A stretch of 64,000 bases of DNA from Alphaproteobacteria bacterium (GCA_045655105.1 JAZOOQ010000056.1:10399-74398); one strand, 5' to 3'. Shown: positions 8,319 through 20,009, numbered from the stretch's first letter. Notes: generated by a model not told the origin, from the sequence alone. Numbers and translations are program-made.

Positions 8319-9040
8319 GCACTCATCCTTTTTTTATAAATTTCTTCTGCTAATTCTAATTCTTCCGGTGTGTTTACTCCATGTAATTCAGCAGCATCAC
8401 CGATAACAATATCTCGGCTCAAACCTTTATTTTTTGCTTTTTTAACAATATCTGTTAAATAATATTCGCCCGCAGCATTTTGATTATCAATTTCTTTTAA
8501 AAGTTCTAATAAATATTTGCCATTAACACACATAACTCCAGAGTTGCAAAGTTTTATTGCGCGTTGAACATCTGTTGCATCTTTATATTCAACAATTGCA
8601 TCAAGGCCATTTTCGCCCATGATTAATCGACCGTATCTTCTTGGATCTTCTGGAATAAATCCTAAAATAGAAACATCTGTTCCGCTTTCGCATTTTTCAA
8701 TCATCTTTGTTAATGTTTCGGGTAAAAAGAGTGGTTGATCTCCAAATAAAATTAAAACATTTCCATCAAAAGGTTGAATTTCAGATTCGGCAGCTAATAC
8801 CGCGTGAGCTGTTCCAAGACGTTCTGTTTGAACAACTGTTTTAATTGGAGAAACAGCTTCTTTCACGTTTTCCATATTTGGTCCGATTACAACGGTGATA
8901 TCTTCAATACCTGTTTTTTTGACCGCATCTAATAAAATATTAATCATTGGAACATCACAAATTGTATGCAAAACTTTGGGAAGATCAGTTCCCATCCGTT
9001 TACCCATACCGGCTCCAAGAATAATTGCTTTTGTTTTCAT
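8312..9040 (-). CDS. sugar-1-phosphate nucleotidyltransferase, GlmU N-terminal uridylyltransferase-domain-like (no LbH acetyltransferase domain)
   Basis: ILGAGMGKRMGTDLPKVLHTICDVPMI...GTAHAV...LFGDQP...GEYYLTD closely parallels GlmU residues ~1-230. The ORF stops at 242 aa. Confidence 0.7.
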   Translation of the reverse strand: MKTKAIILGAGMGKRMGTDLPKVLHTICDVPMINILLDAVKKTGIEDITVVIGPNMENVKEAVSPIKTVVQTERLGTAHAVLAAESEIQPFDGNVLILFGDQPLFLPETLTKMIEKCESGTDVSILGFIPEDPRRYGRLIMGENGLDAIVEYKDATDVQRAIKLCNSGVMCVNGKYLLELLKEIDNQNAAGEYYLTDIVKKAKNKGLSRDIVIGDAAELHGVNTPEELELAEEIYKKRMSAC

Positions 9041-9056
9041 TTTCTTCCTCTCTTTT

Positions 9057-11327
9057 TTAAATTAAAACCTCATGATCTGTTGCAAATGTTCTTAATAAAG
9101 TTCTTAAGCTTGCATCTGAATCATTAAGATGATTTGATATAAAATGATTTGCTTGTTTTCTGTTTGTTGTTCGAACAACTGCTTTAATGCTTCCAAGAGC
9201 GGCAGGATTCATTGATAAATGAGTGAATCCCAAAGCAATTAAAGCGAATGCTTCTAAAGGTCTGGAAGCCATTTCACCGCAAACAGAACATGGAATGTCT
9301 TTTTTTTGACACGCCGTTAAAATTTGTTGTAAAACTTTTAAAAAGGCTGGTGATAAAGCATCATATTTATCCCAAATGATGGGGTTTGTTCTATCTGTTG
9401 CAAAGAAAAATTGTGCTAAATCATTGGTTCCAATTGAAACAAAATCAACCTCATCAATTAATTCATCTAATTGAAATAACAATGAGGGAACTTCAATCAT
9501 TGTTCCAATTTTAACTGATGCAGGTAAAATACCTTCTTTTTCTTTTTCGCGCTCTAATTCTGCATAAAGAAGTTTTTTAGCCTCTTTTAATTCGTCAATC
9601 GTTGTGATCATTGGGAACATAACGTTTAAATCTTTTCCATGCGCAGCTTTAATCAAAGCTCGTAATTGAGTTTTTAAAATGATACGTCTGTCAAGAGTAA
9701 TGCGAATTGAACGCCAGCCCATGGCGGGATTTTCTTCTTTTTTATTTTCAAAATAAGGCAAAATTTTATCTGAACCAATATCGAGTGTTCTAAAAATAAC
9801 TTTTTTGTCGGCCACTTCTTTAAAAACATTTTTGTAAATTGAAATTTGCTCTTTTAAATCAGGTAATTGTTCAGCAGACATAAAAGGTAATTCTGTTCGA
9901 TATAACCCAATGCCATCATATACAAAATTCTTTGTGTTTGAAATATCTGTTGGTAGCCCAGCATTGATATTTAATGAAATATAAACGCCATCTTTTGTTT
10001 CGCTTGGTTGGTTTTTAAAGGGAAGATATTTAGCTTGATGTTGTTTATATGTTTTAAGGCGTTCATCAAAATCATCTAACACTTCATCAGATGGGTTAAT
10101 ATATAAAAATCCATTCACCGCATCAACGGCTAAATCATCATCATTTAAAATACTGTTTGAAATATCTTTAATGCCTGAAACAACTGGAATATTGAGCGAT
10201 TTTGCAACAATTGTCATGTGCATTGTTTGAGAGCCTTCTTCAAGAACAATGGCTTTAATTTTATTTAAATCATAGTCCAAAAGCTCAACAGGTCCCAAAT
10301 TTTTTGCAACTAAAATAGTGTTTTTTGAAAGTCGTTTAGAAGATTTGACTTGTTTTTTATTTAAATGACGGGTAATTCTTCCAGCCAAATCTTGAAAATC
10401 ATGTAAGCGTTCTTTGATATAAGGATCGCTCATCATGCTCATTCGTTCAGTTATTTCATTTAAAACTTTTTGAATGGCGGCTTCGGCGGTTAATCCAGAT
10501 TCAATGGCATTGTTAATTTTTTTAGCCCACCCTTTATCTCTGGTGAACATTAAATAAGTTTTAAAAATTTCTGCTTGTTCATGCGTGATATCAGGAAGCA
10601 ATAATTTTTGAGAAATTTCTTCTTCAACTTTTCTGATTGCACCAATCAATTTTTTTTGTTCAGCCAGTTTATCTGAAGATAAAATGGTGTCAAACTGCAT
10701 GCGTTTATGAACATAAGCTTTACCAATGGCAAGTCCTGAAATCAAGCAAACGGCATCTAACTTTTTATGGCGTCTTGCACTGGCAACTTTTCCCTCATTA
10801 TTCGTTAAAACATTTAAAAGCATGCCACTTAAAATCATGGCAATAATCAAAAGAAAATCAATTTCAGCTTCGCTAAAGTGATATTGTTCTTTTTTTTGAA
10901 CGCTTAAAACACCAATTAAGATATCTTGATGAATAACAGGAACAGCCGCAAAAGAATTAAGATTTAATTCTTTGGTTTCAGGCTTATAAACAAATCCCGA
11001 ATGACTCCAAACATTTTCAACTTGTAATGGTTTCCTTCTAAGTGCAACTTCACCGTTTAAACCTTCACCAATTCTCAAAAAAGTTTCATGAACAGCTTTT
11101 TGATCTAACCCGTATGTGGCATATAATTCTAAAACTTCGCCTGGGCGCATCATATAAAAAGTGCAGGCTTGCGTTTTTAAATGCTGGGCTGTGAGCTTTG
11201 TGATAATATTAAGTTTTTCTTGAGTGGAAAGATTTTGTTTGATAATTCTTTTAAGTTCGCGTAATGTTTCTTGCGCGCCCAAAGATTTTGTTTCTTTTCT
11301 TTTTAGAGAAGGTTTTATAACGCCCAT
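9057..11327 (-). CDS. ptsP: phosphoenolpyruvate-protein phosphotransferase PtsP (EI-Ntr) with N-terminal GAF domain
   Basis: GAF-like N-terminus followed by PEP-utilising-enzyme domains (GGRTSHAAI-type region, C-terminal TIM-barrel CSVCGEM). 756 aa. Confidence 0.85.
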   Translation of the reverse strand: MGVIKPSLKRKETKSLGAQETLRELKRIIKQNLSTQEKLNIITKLTAQHLKTQACTFYMMRPGEVLELYATYGLDQKAVHETFLRIGEGLNGEVALRRKPLQVENVWSHSGFVYKPETKELNLNSFAAVPVIHQDILIGVLSVQKKEQYHFSEAEIDFLLIIAMILSGMLLNVLTNNEGKVASARRHKKLDAVCLISGLAIGKAYVHKRMQFDTILSSDKLAEQKKLIGAIRKVEEEISQKLLLPDITHEQAEIFKTYLMFTRDKGWAKKINNAIESGLTAEAAIQKVLNEITERMSMMSDPYIKERLHDFQDLAGRITRHLNKKQVKSSKRLSKNTILVAKNLGPVELLDYDLNKIKAIVLEEGSQTMHMTIVAKSLNIPVVSGIKDISNSILNDDDLAVDAVNGFLYINPSDEVLDDFDERLKTYKQHQAKYLPFKNQPSETKDGVYISLNINAGLPTDISNTKNFVYDGIGLYRTELPFMSAEQLPDLKEQISIYKNVFKEVADKKVIFRTLDIGSDKILPYFENKKEENPAMGWRSIRITLDRRIILKTQLRALIKAAHGKDLNVMFPMITTIDELKEAKKLLYAELEREKEKEGILPASVKIGTMIEVPSLLFQLDELIDEVDFVSIGTNDLAQFFFATDRTNPIIWDKYDALSPAFLKVLQQILTACQKKDIPCSVCGEMASRPLEAFALIALGFTHLSMNPAALGSIKAVVRTTNRKQANHFISNHLNDSDASLRTLLRTFATDHEVLI

Positions 11328-11393
11328 CTTTCACCCTTTTTTATTTTTTTTATATAAAGAGTTTAGAAAATATTCTAGGCGTCGTCAAGTCTT

Positions 11394-12224
11394 TTATTCT
11401 GTATCTTCTAAAACAGCATCAATAAATCCCTTTTTTGGCAATTGATGGTGATCTGCCGTATCATCAGAGAAAAAAACTTTGGGATGTGGTGCCTTATCAT
11501 AAAGTTTTAATCCTTGCGCGTATGGAATAACAGGATCATTTTTGCCATGCCCGATATAAAGAGGGGTTTTAATATTTGAAATTAACTTATCTGTTTCGAA
11601 TTTATCTGTTAACAAAAGTTCATATGGAAAAATATTTCCAAACATGTATTTAGCCATATCAATAAGTGAATAAAAGGGGGCTTCTAAAATAAGAGCATGC
11701 ACAGGTTCTTTTTCAGTTGCCATGAAGTGGGCAGCTGATGTTGCAACAAAAGTTCCAAGTGAATGGCCATAAATGATGATATCTTTGGCTTTATATCCAT
11801 TGCTTAAAGCCCAAAGTAATGCTGTTTTTGCATCTTGTTCTAGTTCTTGTTGAGATAAGGTTCCTTTAATTCCACCAAAGCCTTCATATTCAGGTAATAA
11901 AAAACCAAATCCTTGTTTTTGAAAGAAAGGAAGTTGCGTTGTGTTTGTTGAGAGATTTCCTCTGTTCCCATGAAAAAAAACAATCAATTTTTTATTTTTT
12001 TGAGGTTTTAAATACCAAGCATAAACTTCTTTCCCATCAGGTAAGCGATATGTTATTTCTTTCACATCATTTATTTTTTCTTGAAGTGAAGAAATATCAG
12101 CTTTTTGAGAGGAGGGATGAAAAATAAACTTTTTTTGAAAACTATATAAAAGAAAGGCAGCTAAAACATAAACGCCTATAACAATCGTTAAAATAATTAA
12201 TATTTTAATTACCATTTCTTTCAT
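11394..12224 (-). CDS. membrane-anchored alpha/beta-fold hydrolase
   Basis: N-terminal TM helix, HGN oxyanion region, GHSLG nucleophile elbow, and a C-terminal D/H. Confidence 0.65.
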   Translation of the reverse strand: MKEMVIKILIILTIVIGVYVLAAFLLYSFQKKFIFHPSSQKADISSLQEKINDVKEITYRLPDGKEVYAWYLKPQKNKKLIVFFHGNRGNLSTNTTQLPFFQKQGFGFLLPEYEGFGGIKGTLSQQELEQDAKTALLWALSNGYKAKDIIIYGHSLGTFVATSAAHFMATEKEPVHALILEAPFYSLIDMAKYMFGNIFPYELLLTDKFETDKLISNIKTPLYIGHGKNDPVIPYAQGLKLYDKAPHPKVFFSDDTADHHQLPKKGFIDAVLEDTE

Positions 12225-12233
12225 TGTATCTCC

Positions 12234-14249
12234 TTATAATTCTTGCACGATTAGTTGTTCAAGTTTTTTCAGTTTATCTCTTAAAGCAGCGGCTTTTTCA
12301 AATTCAAGAGCATCTGCTGCAATTTTCATTTGTTTTTTGATTTCTTCAATTGATTGTGGCAAATCTTTTTCAATATTTAAAGATTTTTTCTTTTCATTTG
12401 AACCAACAAGGTCATTAAAATCTTGAATCAAATCAGGAATGGCTTTTTGAATGCCTTTTGGTCTGATGTTGTGTTCTTGGTTAAATTCAATTTGTTTTTG
12501 ACGACGTCTATTTGTTTCTTGAAGTGCCGCAGCAATAGATTTAGTGATTTTATCTGCATATAAAATCACACGCCCATTTTCATTTCTAGCCGCCCGACCA
12601 ATGGTTTGAATTAAAGAAGTTGTTGATCTTAAAAAACCTTCTTTATCTGCATCTAAAATGGCAACAAGTTCAACTTCTGGAATATCTAAACCTTCTCGAA
12701 GTAAGTTAATGCCAACCAAAACATCAAACGTTCCTAATCGCAAATCGCGAATAATTTGAATGCGTTCTAATGTATCAATATCTGAATGCAAATATCTGAC
12801 TTTGACATTATTTTCCATTAAATAATCGGTTAAATCTTCGGCCATTTTTTTTGTGAGCGTTGTAACTAAAACACGCCCACCTTTTGCGGCAACTTGTTTT
12901 GCTTCAAATAAAAGATCATCTACTTGTGTTCCAACTGGACGAACAACGCATTCTGGATCTAAAAGACCTGTAGGACGAATAATTTGTTCGGTAAACACTC
13001 CCTTTGTTTGCTCAAGTTCAAAAGGTCCAGGAGTGGCGGAAACAAAAATAGTTTTAGGACGCATTTGATCCCATTCTTCAAACTTAAGAGGGCGGTTATC
13101 TAAACAACTTGGCAATCTAAATCCATATTCAGATAAAACAGATTTCCTTGCAAAGTCACCTCGATACATGGCTCCAATTTGAGGAACAGTTACATGACTT
13201 TCATCAATAAAAATTAAAGCATCATCAGGCAAATATTCAAAAAGAGTTGGAGGCGCTTCACCTTGTTTGCGACCAGTTAAATGGCGCGAATAATTTTCAA
13301 TTCCTTTGCAAGAACCTGTGGCTTCAAGCATTTCTAAATCATATCTTGTTCTAGATGAAATACGTTCAGCTTCTAAAAGTTTTGAATTTTCTTTAAAGAA
13401 GTGAAGTGTTGTTTGAAGTTCTTCTTTAATTGTTTTAATGGCTTGTGAAAGGGCAGGGCGAGGGGTTACATAGTGGCTGGCAGGGAATACAGTGATTTCA
13501 TTTAATTCCAGCTTTTTTTTGCCAGTTAATGGATCAAATTCAAAGATGGATTCAATTTCATCTCCAAAAAAAGAAATGCGCCACGCCAAATCTTCATAGT
13601 GTGAAGGGAAGATATCTAAAATATCGCCAGTTTGGCGAAAACAAGTGCGTTCAAAAGCTATATCGTTTCTTTTATATTGTAATTCCACCAGTTTTTTTGA
13701 AAGTTCTGAAAGATCAACTTCTTGTCCTTTTTTGAGACTAAAGGCCATGGATGAATAGGATTCTGCAGATCCCAAACCATAGATGCAAGAAACAGAAGAA
13801 ACAATAATCACATCTCTTCTTTCTAAAACATGGCGCGTGGCTGCATGGCGCAAGCGATCAATTTGCTCATTAATAGCAGAATCTTTTTCAATAAAAGTAT
13901 CTGTTTTTGGAATATAAGCTTCTGGTTGATAATAATCATAATAAGAAACAAAATATTCAACAGCATTGTTAGGGAAAAAAGCTTTCATTTCGGCGTAAAG
14001 TTGAGCGGCCAAAGTTTTATTATGAGCCAAAATCAAAGTTGGACGTTGCATCTGTTGAATCACATGAGCCATTGTGAAAGTTTTTCCAGAACCAGTGATG
14101 CCTAACAAAACTTGATTTTTTTCTTCTCTTTTAAGACCTTCAACAAGCTCTCTAATCGCCTCTGGTTGATCGCCAGCTGGTTGAAAAGAAGAAACTAATT
14201 CAAATCCTGCATCTCCTGTTAATTCAGGTTTATTGTAAAGAGGAATCAT
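12234..14249 (-). CDS. uvrB: excinuclease ABC subunit B
   Basis: TGSGKTF Walker A, helicase motifs, and a C-terminal UVR domain ([16 protein letters not shown]). Confidence 0.95.
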   Translation of the reverse strand: MIPLYNKPELTGDAGFELVSSFQPAGDQPEAIRELVEGLKREEKNQVLLGITGSGKTFTMAHVIQQMQRPTLILAHNKTLAAQLYAEMKAFFPNNAVEYFVSYYDYYQPEAYIPKTDTFIEKDSAINEQIDRLRHAATRHVLERRDVIIVSSVSCIYGLGSAESYSSMAFSLKKGQEVDLSELSKKLVELQYKRNDIAFERTCFRQTGDILDIFPSHYEDLAWRISFFGDEIESIFEFDPLTGKKKLELNEITVFPASHYVTPRPALSQAIKTIKEELQTTLHFFKENSKLLEAERISSRTRYDLEMLEATGSCKGIENYSRHLTGRKQGEAPPTLFEYLPDDALIFIDESHVTVPQIGAMYRGDFARKSVLSEYGFRLPSCLDNRPLKFEEWDQMRPKTIFVSATPGPFELEQTKGVFTEQIIRPTGLLDPECVVRPVGTQVDDLLFEAKQVAAKGGRVLVTTLTKKMAEDLTDYLMENNVKVRYLHSDIDTLERIQIIRDLRLGTFDVLVGINLLREGLDIPEVELVAILDADKEGFLRSTTSLIQTIGRAARNENGRVILYADKITKSIAAALQETNRRRQKQIEFNQEHNIRPKGIQKAIPDLIQDFNDLVGSNEKKKSLNIEKDLPQSIEEIKKQMKIAADALEFEKAAALRDKLKKLEQLIVQEL

Positions 14250-14262
14250 GGGGGTGTCCTTT

Positions 14263-15360
14263 TTATTTTTTGATTTGTTTTGTTGATTCTTTTATTTCTT
14301 CAGATAGTGAATTTAATTCTTTTTTGATATCTTTAAAAATGTTTTTAAATTCTTTTTTTTCTTGTCCCCATGAAGAAAAAACAATGTATGAATTTAAAAG
14401 CAAAATACCTGTTACAATTAAAATAACAAAAAGACCATCAGTTGAGTTTAACAATGGTGCTTTATGTTCAACATAGATAAAAACAAAACCAAGACCAGCA
14501 AAGAAAAAGCATGTCCAAAATAATTTTTTAACAGCTTTTGCAATGTTTTTACCCGATTGATAGGCGCGTTCAACCAAAAAAGGCGTTGTGAGGGGCAAAA
14601 GCTTTTTTTCTTTCATAAAATTAATGCTGAAAGCTAAAATAATTTCCAAAAGAGCAAAAGCAATGAAAATGGGCAAAATTTTTGCAAAACCAAGTGCGCT
14701 TAAATAAACTCCAAAATAGCCCGCGATATAAGATAAAAAGAAGCAAAGTGTTGGTCCAAACCACATAATGTTTTGTTTTTTTAAAAGAAGGGCGTTGATG
14801 CTAGCAAGGCCAAGCGCTGAAAAACAAAGTAGCGAGAAAACAGGGCTGAAAAATAAAAAGAAGACGGAGCTCATAAATGAAATGATGATAAAAAGGCTTG
14901 AAAAAGAAGAAAATGAAAAAAATGGCACACGATCCAATTTTTGCATCATAAAAATGAAAAGCGTCCACCAACAAACAGCCGCTATTTTTGATAATATTTC
15001 AACAAGGGTTAAGTTTTGAATGGGTGCGTGATATGGTAATAAAAAAACACCGATAGCGCAAAATAAAACCGTTATCAAAACAGCATAAAGATTATTTTTT
15101 TTATATCGATAAAATAAAAAACTTCCCACCGAAGCCATTAAGGCAACAAGGGTGGGAACCAAACCATTTTTTGATTCAATTAAAAAGCTTGTAAAACAAC
15201 CGCTAACAACCAAAGAGCCAATTAAAAGGGCTGCAAGATTTAAAAAATCAGCAATCGAAATATCTTTCTTTTTCTTTAAAATAAGGAGAGGAAAAATAAG
15301 TTTTATTGAACCAATTAAAACGAATAATTCGAATAAAAAAATGCCGAGTTCAAATTGCAT
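14263..15360 (-). CDS. hypothetical polytopic membrane protein with C-terminal coiled-coil tail
   Basis: About 9 hydrophobic helices. The C-terminus [30 protein letters not shown] is charged and helical. Lies 13 nt downstream of uvrB. Confidence 0.45.
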   Translation of the reverse strand: MQFELGIFLFELFVLIGSIKLIFPLLILKKKKDISIADFLNLAALLIGSLVVSGCFTSFLIESKNGLVPTLVALMASVGSFLFYRYKKNNLYAVLITVLFCAIGVFLLPYHAPIQNLTLVEILSKIAAVCWWTLFIFMMQKLDRVPFFSFSSFSSLFIIISFMSSVFFLFFSPVFSLLCFSALGLASINALLLKKQNIMWFGPTLCFFLSYIAGYFGVYLSALGFAKILPIFIAFALLEIILAFSINFMKEKKLLPLTTPFLVERAYQSGKNIAKAVKKLFWTCFFFAGLGFVFIYVEHKAPLLNSTDGLFVILIVTGILLLNSYIVFSSWGQEKKEFKNIFKDIKKELNSLSEEIKESTKQIKK

Positions 15361-15399
15361 ATTTTGCCCCCTTATTAAAAAATAAGATTTTGATAGATT

Positions 15400-15621
15400 T
15401 TAAGCTTTGTGTCTAAATGCAATACGACCTTTTGAAAGATCATAAGGTGTCATTTCAATTTCAACTTTATCACCAACCATCACGCGAATACGGAACTTGC
15501 GCATTTTACCAGATGTGTGCGCAATAATTTCGTGACCATTTTCAAGCGTGACACGAAAAGTTGCATTTGGTAAAGCTTCTGTAACTGTGCCCGTAAATTG
15601 CAAAACTTCTTCTTTTGCCAT
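15400..15621 (-). CDS. infA: translation initiation factor IF-1
   Basis: [77 protein letters not shown] Shine-Dalgarno precedes the ATG at 15621. The longer track ORF is an upstream extension. Confidence 0.9.
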   Translation of the reverse strand: MAKEEVLQFTGTVTEALPNATFRVTLENGHEIIAHTSGKMRKFRIRVMVGDKVEIEMTPYDLSKGRIAFRHKA

Positions 15622-15766
15622 AAAAAAACTCCTCAAAAAAATAATAAACGTAAGCATTATATTGTGTTTTTTAAAAAAAATCAAGAAAAAATGCTTTATA
15701 ATCAATTAAATTATCCTTTTATTATGCTATTAATAACCTGCACAAAAAACAAAAACAATACTCACC

Positions 15767-18073
15767 TTAATGATGTTGATTTTCAAAAGAAATATAATAT
15801 CCTTTGTTTTCATTTTTTTGTGTGGCGATTTTTTCTTTTTTCAAATCATCGCTCTTACTGTTTGGATTGTTCGAGTCAACATCTTTCAAAACACCTTTTG
15901 AAGAATCGGTTGTGAAAGAAAACAACTCTTCAGGAACAAAAGTTGTATCTGTTGTTCTTTCTGTATTTAAATAACCAGTTATTTTTTTTGGCTTCCATTT
16001 CCAATGCGAAAGTTTGAATCCCTCTTCAAAAGAGATATTCCCATCAACGATAACACCACTTAAATCGGGTAGTTCATCCCCATATTCTGTGTCGCAATTT
16101 ATTAAAATATTTTGTTTGACAACAAAATTTTCTGGCAAGTTAAAGAAGTTGTAAAGGCGGCCTTCTTGCTTAAATAATGGATACATAAATTGAAGTTTAG
16201 GATTGTTGTTAGAAAGAACAAAACCTTCTTTTGGAATTTTAAAATCTTTGCTTGCGTAACACAAAGCCCTACCATACACCTTGGGTAATTCATCCAACAT
16301 ACCCAAATGATTAAGAGAAAACGAAAGATCTCCACCAATATTTTGTGGGCACCCAATTAAACTTTTAAGGTTTTTAGCTCCCTCAATGCAAAAAGCACCT
16401 TTAACGACTGTATTTTTAGCCTCTAATCTTTTTAAATTTTTGCAATTTTTAGCTGAAAATGAACCAACTTTTTTTGCCAACCCTTTTAAAGTGACAAGTT
16501 TGGGGCAGTAATCAACGTTATACTTATCCCCAACACATTTTGGACCTCCCTCTAACGATTTAATGAGTGTGAAATAAGCACAAAAATCATAAGAAACAAC
16601 TGAAGGTGAATTTTTCAAACTCTCAAGAGGATTGTTGTAACAATAGAAACGTGGTACGATATAGTTTGAAAAGTTTGGTAATGTTTTTAATTTTAAATCA
16701 TTTAAACTAATACCTTTTTGAATAACAAGTGAAGTATTTCTTTTTTCAACATTGATGCCATATTGGTCCAACCAACTTTCCACATCCATGTGTTGTATTG
16801 CACAACGCCATGTTGGAGAATAAAATTGATATGGTTGCCTATAAAAAGGTTCATTTTCATTTCTGTTACCAAAAACTTCTTCGGCTATTTTTGAAACAAC
16901 ATCTTTAAATTCAAATGAAAAACGTCCATAAATATTGTCTTGATTATAAAAAACATGAGTTGAATCATTTTCCCCATAAAATGGTTTTAAAAGAATTCTT
17001 GAAATTGCTTTATAAGGTTTTTTTGAATTATATCCATAGGCAACAATTGCCCCTCTTCCAATATAAGAAGGCATAGAACCATACTCACCGCAACCATCAT
17101 CTACAGGCTCCATGCAAGACCACCAGTCAACATAACCAGACATATTAGCAATATCATAAGCTTTTTTTGAAAACATAATCAAATCAATAGGCGTTTCTTC
17201 TTTGCTTTCAAAATCTTTTCTATCCCTTTCTGCTTCAAACTGATATTTTTTTAAAATGCCAGATAATTCATTTATTTCATTTGTTAAGAGGGTTATTAAA
17301 TCATTCAAAGAATCCTCTTTGGATAATTGATGCATTTTATCTTTTAAAACATAAAAGACAAATGGATTAACCTTTATTTTCTTTTGGGGTATAACAGAAT
17401 CATCTTTTTGATATTGTACAATCCCATCTTTTTGATTGTTAACTTCAAGAACAACAGTGGATAAGCTTTCTGTCGCAAATTCGGCAAGTTGTTTTTTTGC
17501 GCGTTCAAATGCTTTGATTTGTTGCATTAAAAAACGACCTGCAGATATGGAATTGCTATTTAACCCTTTATCCAACCTTTCTAATACCATTTTATGGGTG
17601 TCAGGTAAAATCTCATTGTATTTTTGAATAAACTGGTTAAAATTAGAGGCTAATGTGCCTTGTTCATCTATTTTGAAAAACACTCTTTCAGTATCATTGA
17701 AACACGCTGGATAATAAGGATTTACGTTATCTCTTAGATTTAATCCATAGTCAATTGCATCTTCTATTTCATCTTTATAAATATCCCACTCTTTTTTAAT
17801 TTTTATTGCTTTTTTTTCAATATTCTCATTATTATTAAACGCATCAAAAATCTCTTTTATTCCAGAAAATGTTTTCATTTTATTTCTGTTAAAAAGATGC
17901 GAAGAAATCAATAAATCATAGATCACTTTTACAAGATTATTCTGATCTTTTTTAGAAACATCAGAACGTGATTGGCAAAAATTTTTCACATACAACTTGG
18001 CATTTTCTTTCAACTCTTGATGAAAGGAAGAAAAAAGATCTGTTATTTCTTTTTCATTTAATACTTGGTACAT
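15767..18073 (-). CDS. large orphan protein (768 aa) with C-terminal Cys/Leu-rich LRR-like tandem repeats; candidate secreted effector
   Basis: No recognisable enzymatic motifs. The C-terminal third has ~22-aa repeats with the pattern C-x2-L-x-S-L-x-G-x-P-x2-V-x-G-x-F-x-C (e.g. CPKLVTLKGLAKKVGSFSAKNCKNLKRLEAKNTVVKGAFCIEGAKNLKSLIGCPQNIGGDLSF). AGGAG Shine-Dalgarno. Confidence 0.5.
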   Translation of the reverse strand: MYQVLNEKEITDLFSSFHQELKENAKLYVKNFCQSRSDVSKKDQNNLVKVIYDLLISSHLFNRNKMKTFSGIKEIFDAFNNNENIEKKAIKIKKEWDIYKDEIEDAIDYGLNLRDNVNPYYPACFNDTERVFFKIDEQGTLASNFNQFIQKYNEILPDTHKMVLERLDKGLNSNSISAGRFLMQQIKAFERAKKQLAEFATESLSTVVLEVNNQKDGIVQYQKDDSVIPQKKIKVNPFVFYVLKDKMHQLSKEDSLNDLITLLTNEINELSGILKKYQFEAERDRKDFESKEETPIDLIMFSKKAYDIANMSGYVDWWSCMEPVDDGCGEYGSMPSYIGRGAIVAYGYNSKKPYKAISRILLKPFYGENDSTHVFYNQDNIYGRFSFEFKDVVSKIAEEVFGNRNENEPFYRQPYQFYSPTWRCAIQHMDVESWLDQYGINVEKRNTSLVIQKGISLNDLKLKTLPNFSNYIVPRFYCYNNPLESLKNSPSVVSYDFCAYFTLIKSLEGGPKCVGDKYNVDYCPKLVTLKGLAKKVGSFSAKNCKNLKRLEAKNTVVKGAFCIEGAKNLKSLIGCPQNIGGDLSFSLNHLGMLDELPKVYGRALCYASKDFKIPKEGFVLSNNNPKLQFMYPLFKQEGRLYNFFNLPENFVVKQNILINCDTEYGDELPDLSGVIVDGNISFEEGFKLSHWKWKPKKITGYLNTERTTDTTFVPEELFSFTTDSSKGVLKDVDSNNPNSKSDDLKKEKIATQKNENKGYYISFENQHH

Positions 18074-18245
18074 AAAGAACTCCTAAAACACACTGAAATA
18101 TAACAATAATATCACAAAAACAAGAATTTGTCAACATTTTTTCATTTTTAAAATTCCTGTATTAACGTGGACAAAATTATCTTGATTTTTTTTTGATTTT
18201 CTGGTATAAAATGCAAAATTTTATTTTGTTAAGAAAGGATAAAAA

Positions 18246-19925
18246 ATGGCAGCATATCAATATATTTATGTGATGAAAGATTTGTGTAAAACATTCCCTG
18301 GTGGAAAAGAAGTTTTAAAACACATCTGGCTTTCATTCTTCCCTGGGGCAAAAATTGGGGTTATCGGGCCAAATGGGGCAGGTAAGTCAACTTTGATTAA
18401 AATTATGGCAGGGTTAGATCAAGATTTCACAGGGGAAGCTTTTGCAGCAGATGGTGTGAAAGTTGGATACTTACCTCAAGAACCTCAACTTGATCCATCC
18501 AAAGACGTGATGGGAAATATCATGGATGGTGTTAGCGAGATTAGAGATTTACTTGCACGATTTGAAGAAGTAAACATGAAATTTGCTGATCCAGATGCTG
18601 ATATGGATGCTCTTTTAATGGAACAAGCCGAATTGCAAGAAAAAATTGATGCTTGCAACGGTTGGGAACTTGAACGCACAATTGAAATTGCAATGGATGC
18701 GCTTCGTTGTCCGCCAGCTGATGCTGATGTAACAAAACTTTCCGGTGGTGAAAAGCGCCGTGTGGCTCTTTGCCGTTTGTTGCTTTCAAAACCAGATATG
18801 TTGTTGCTTGACGAACCAACAAACCATTTGGATGCTGAATCAGTTGCATGGCTTCAAGTTTTCTTAAAGAATTATACTGGCACTGTTGTGATGGTGACGC
18901 ACGATCGTTATTTCCTTGACAATGTTACAGGTTGGATTTTGGAAATGGATCGCGGTGAAGGCATTCCTTTTGAAGGAAATTATACAAGCTGGTTAGAGCA
19001 AAAACAAAAACGCATGGAACAAGAGCAAAATGCTGATAATAACCGTCAAAAAACATTAAAAGAAGAGCTTGAATGGGTTCGCCAATCACCAAAAGCCCGT
19101 CAAGCAAAATCAAAAGCGCGTATCACAGCTTATGAAGAGTTGCTCAAAAAATCTCAAGAACGTGAAAAAGCACCTGAAGTTGCCCAAATCATCATTCCAG
19201 CTGGTCCAAGATTGGGTCAAGTTGTTTTGGAAGCTGAAAATTTAACAAAAGCTTATGGGGATAAACTTTTGTTTGAAAATCTTTCATTTAAACTTCCTGC
19301 TGGTGGTATTGTTGGCATCATTGGGCCAAATGGTGCTGGTAAAACAACATTGATGAAAATTATCACAGGGCAAGAACAACCAGATACTGGTTCATTCAGA
19401 GTTGGGGAAACGGTTTCTTTGGGTTATGTTGATCAATCAAGAGATGCGCTTGATGATAACAAAACGGTTTGGCAAGAAATTTCCGAAGGTAAAGATATTT
19501 TAACACTTGGAAAACGCGAGGTGAACTCTCGTGGTTATGTTTCCCAATTCAACTTTAAAGGCCCAGATCAACAAAAGAAAGTCGGTCAACTTTCTGGTGG
19601 TGAACGTAACCGCGTTCATATGGCAAAAATGCTTAAAATGGGTGCAAACGTTTTGTTGCTTGACGAACCAACAAATGATTTAGATGTGGATACATTGCGT
19701 GCTCTTGAAGAAGCCTTGATGAACTTCCCTGGTTGCGCCGTGATTACATCTCACGATCGCTGGTTTTTAGATCGTTTAGCAACGCATATTTTGGCTTTTG
19801 AAGGCGATAGCCAAGTTGTTTATTTTGAAGGCAATTATGAAGAATATGAAGCAGATCGCAAACGCCGTTTAGGATCGGATGCTGATCAACCACACCGCAT
19901 TAAATATAAACCAATTTCAAGATAG
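18246..19925 (+). CDS. ettA: ABC-F family translational throttle ATPase EttA
   Basis: Two ABC cassettes (GPNGAGKST; LSGGEKRR; LLLDEPTN, each twice) and an EttA-type arm/linker. 559 aa. Confidence 0.9.
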   Translation: MAAYQYIYVMKDLCKTFPGGKEVLKHIWLSFFPGAKIGVIGPNGAGKSTLIKIMAGLDQDFTGEAFAADGVKVGYLPQEPQLDPSKDVMGNIMDGVSEIRDLLARFEEVNMKFADPDADMDALLMEQAELQEKIDACNGWELERTIEIAMDALRCPPADADVTKLSGGEKRRVALCRLLLSKPDMLLLDEPTNHLDAESVAWLQVFLKNYTGTVVMVTHDRYFLDNVTGWILEMDRGEGIPFEGNYTSWLEQKQKRMEQEQNADNNRQKTLKEELEWVRQSPKARQAKSKARITAYEELLKKSQEREKAPEVAQIIIPAGPRLGQVVLEAENLTKAYGDKLLFENLSFKLPAGGIVGIIGPNGAGKTTLMKIITGQEQPDTGSFRVGETVSLGYVDQSRDALDDNKTVWQEISEGKDILTLGKREVNSRGYVSQFNFKGPDQQKKVGQLSGGERNRVHMAKMLKMGANVLLLDEPTNDLDVDTLRALEEALMNFPGCAVITSHDRWFLDRLATHILAFEGDSQVVYFEGNYEEYEADRKRRLGSDADQPHRIKYKPISR

Positions 19926-19943
19926 GTTTAAAAAGATAAAAAA

Positions 19944-19969
19944 GGCGCTTAGAAATAAGCGCTTTTTTT
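19944..19969 (+). terminator. Rho-independent terminator of ettA
   Basis: gcgctta-gaaa-taagcgc hairpin followed by t7. Confidence 0.65.
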
Positions 19970-20009
19970 ATAACCGATAATTTTTTTAAGATTATAATTA
20001 AAAAAAGAA

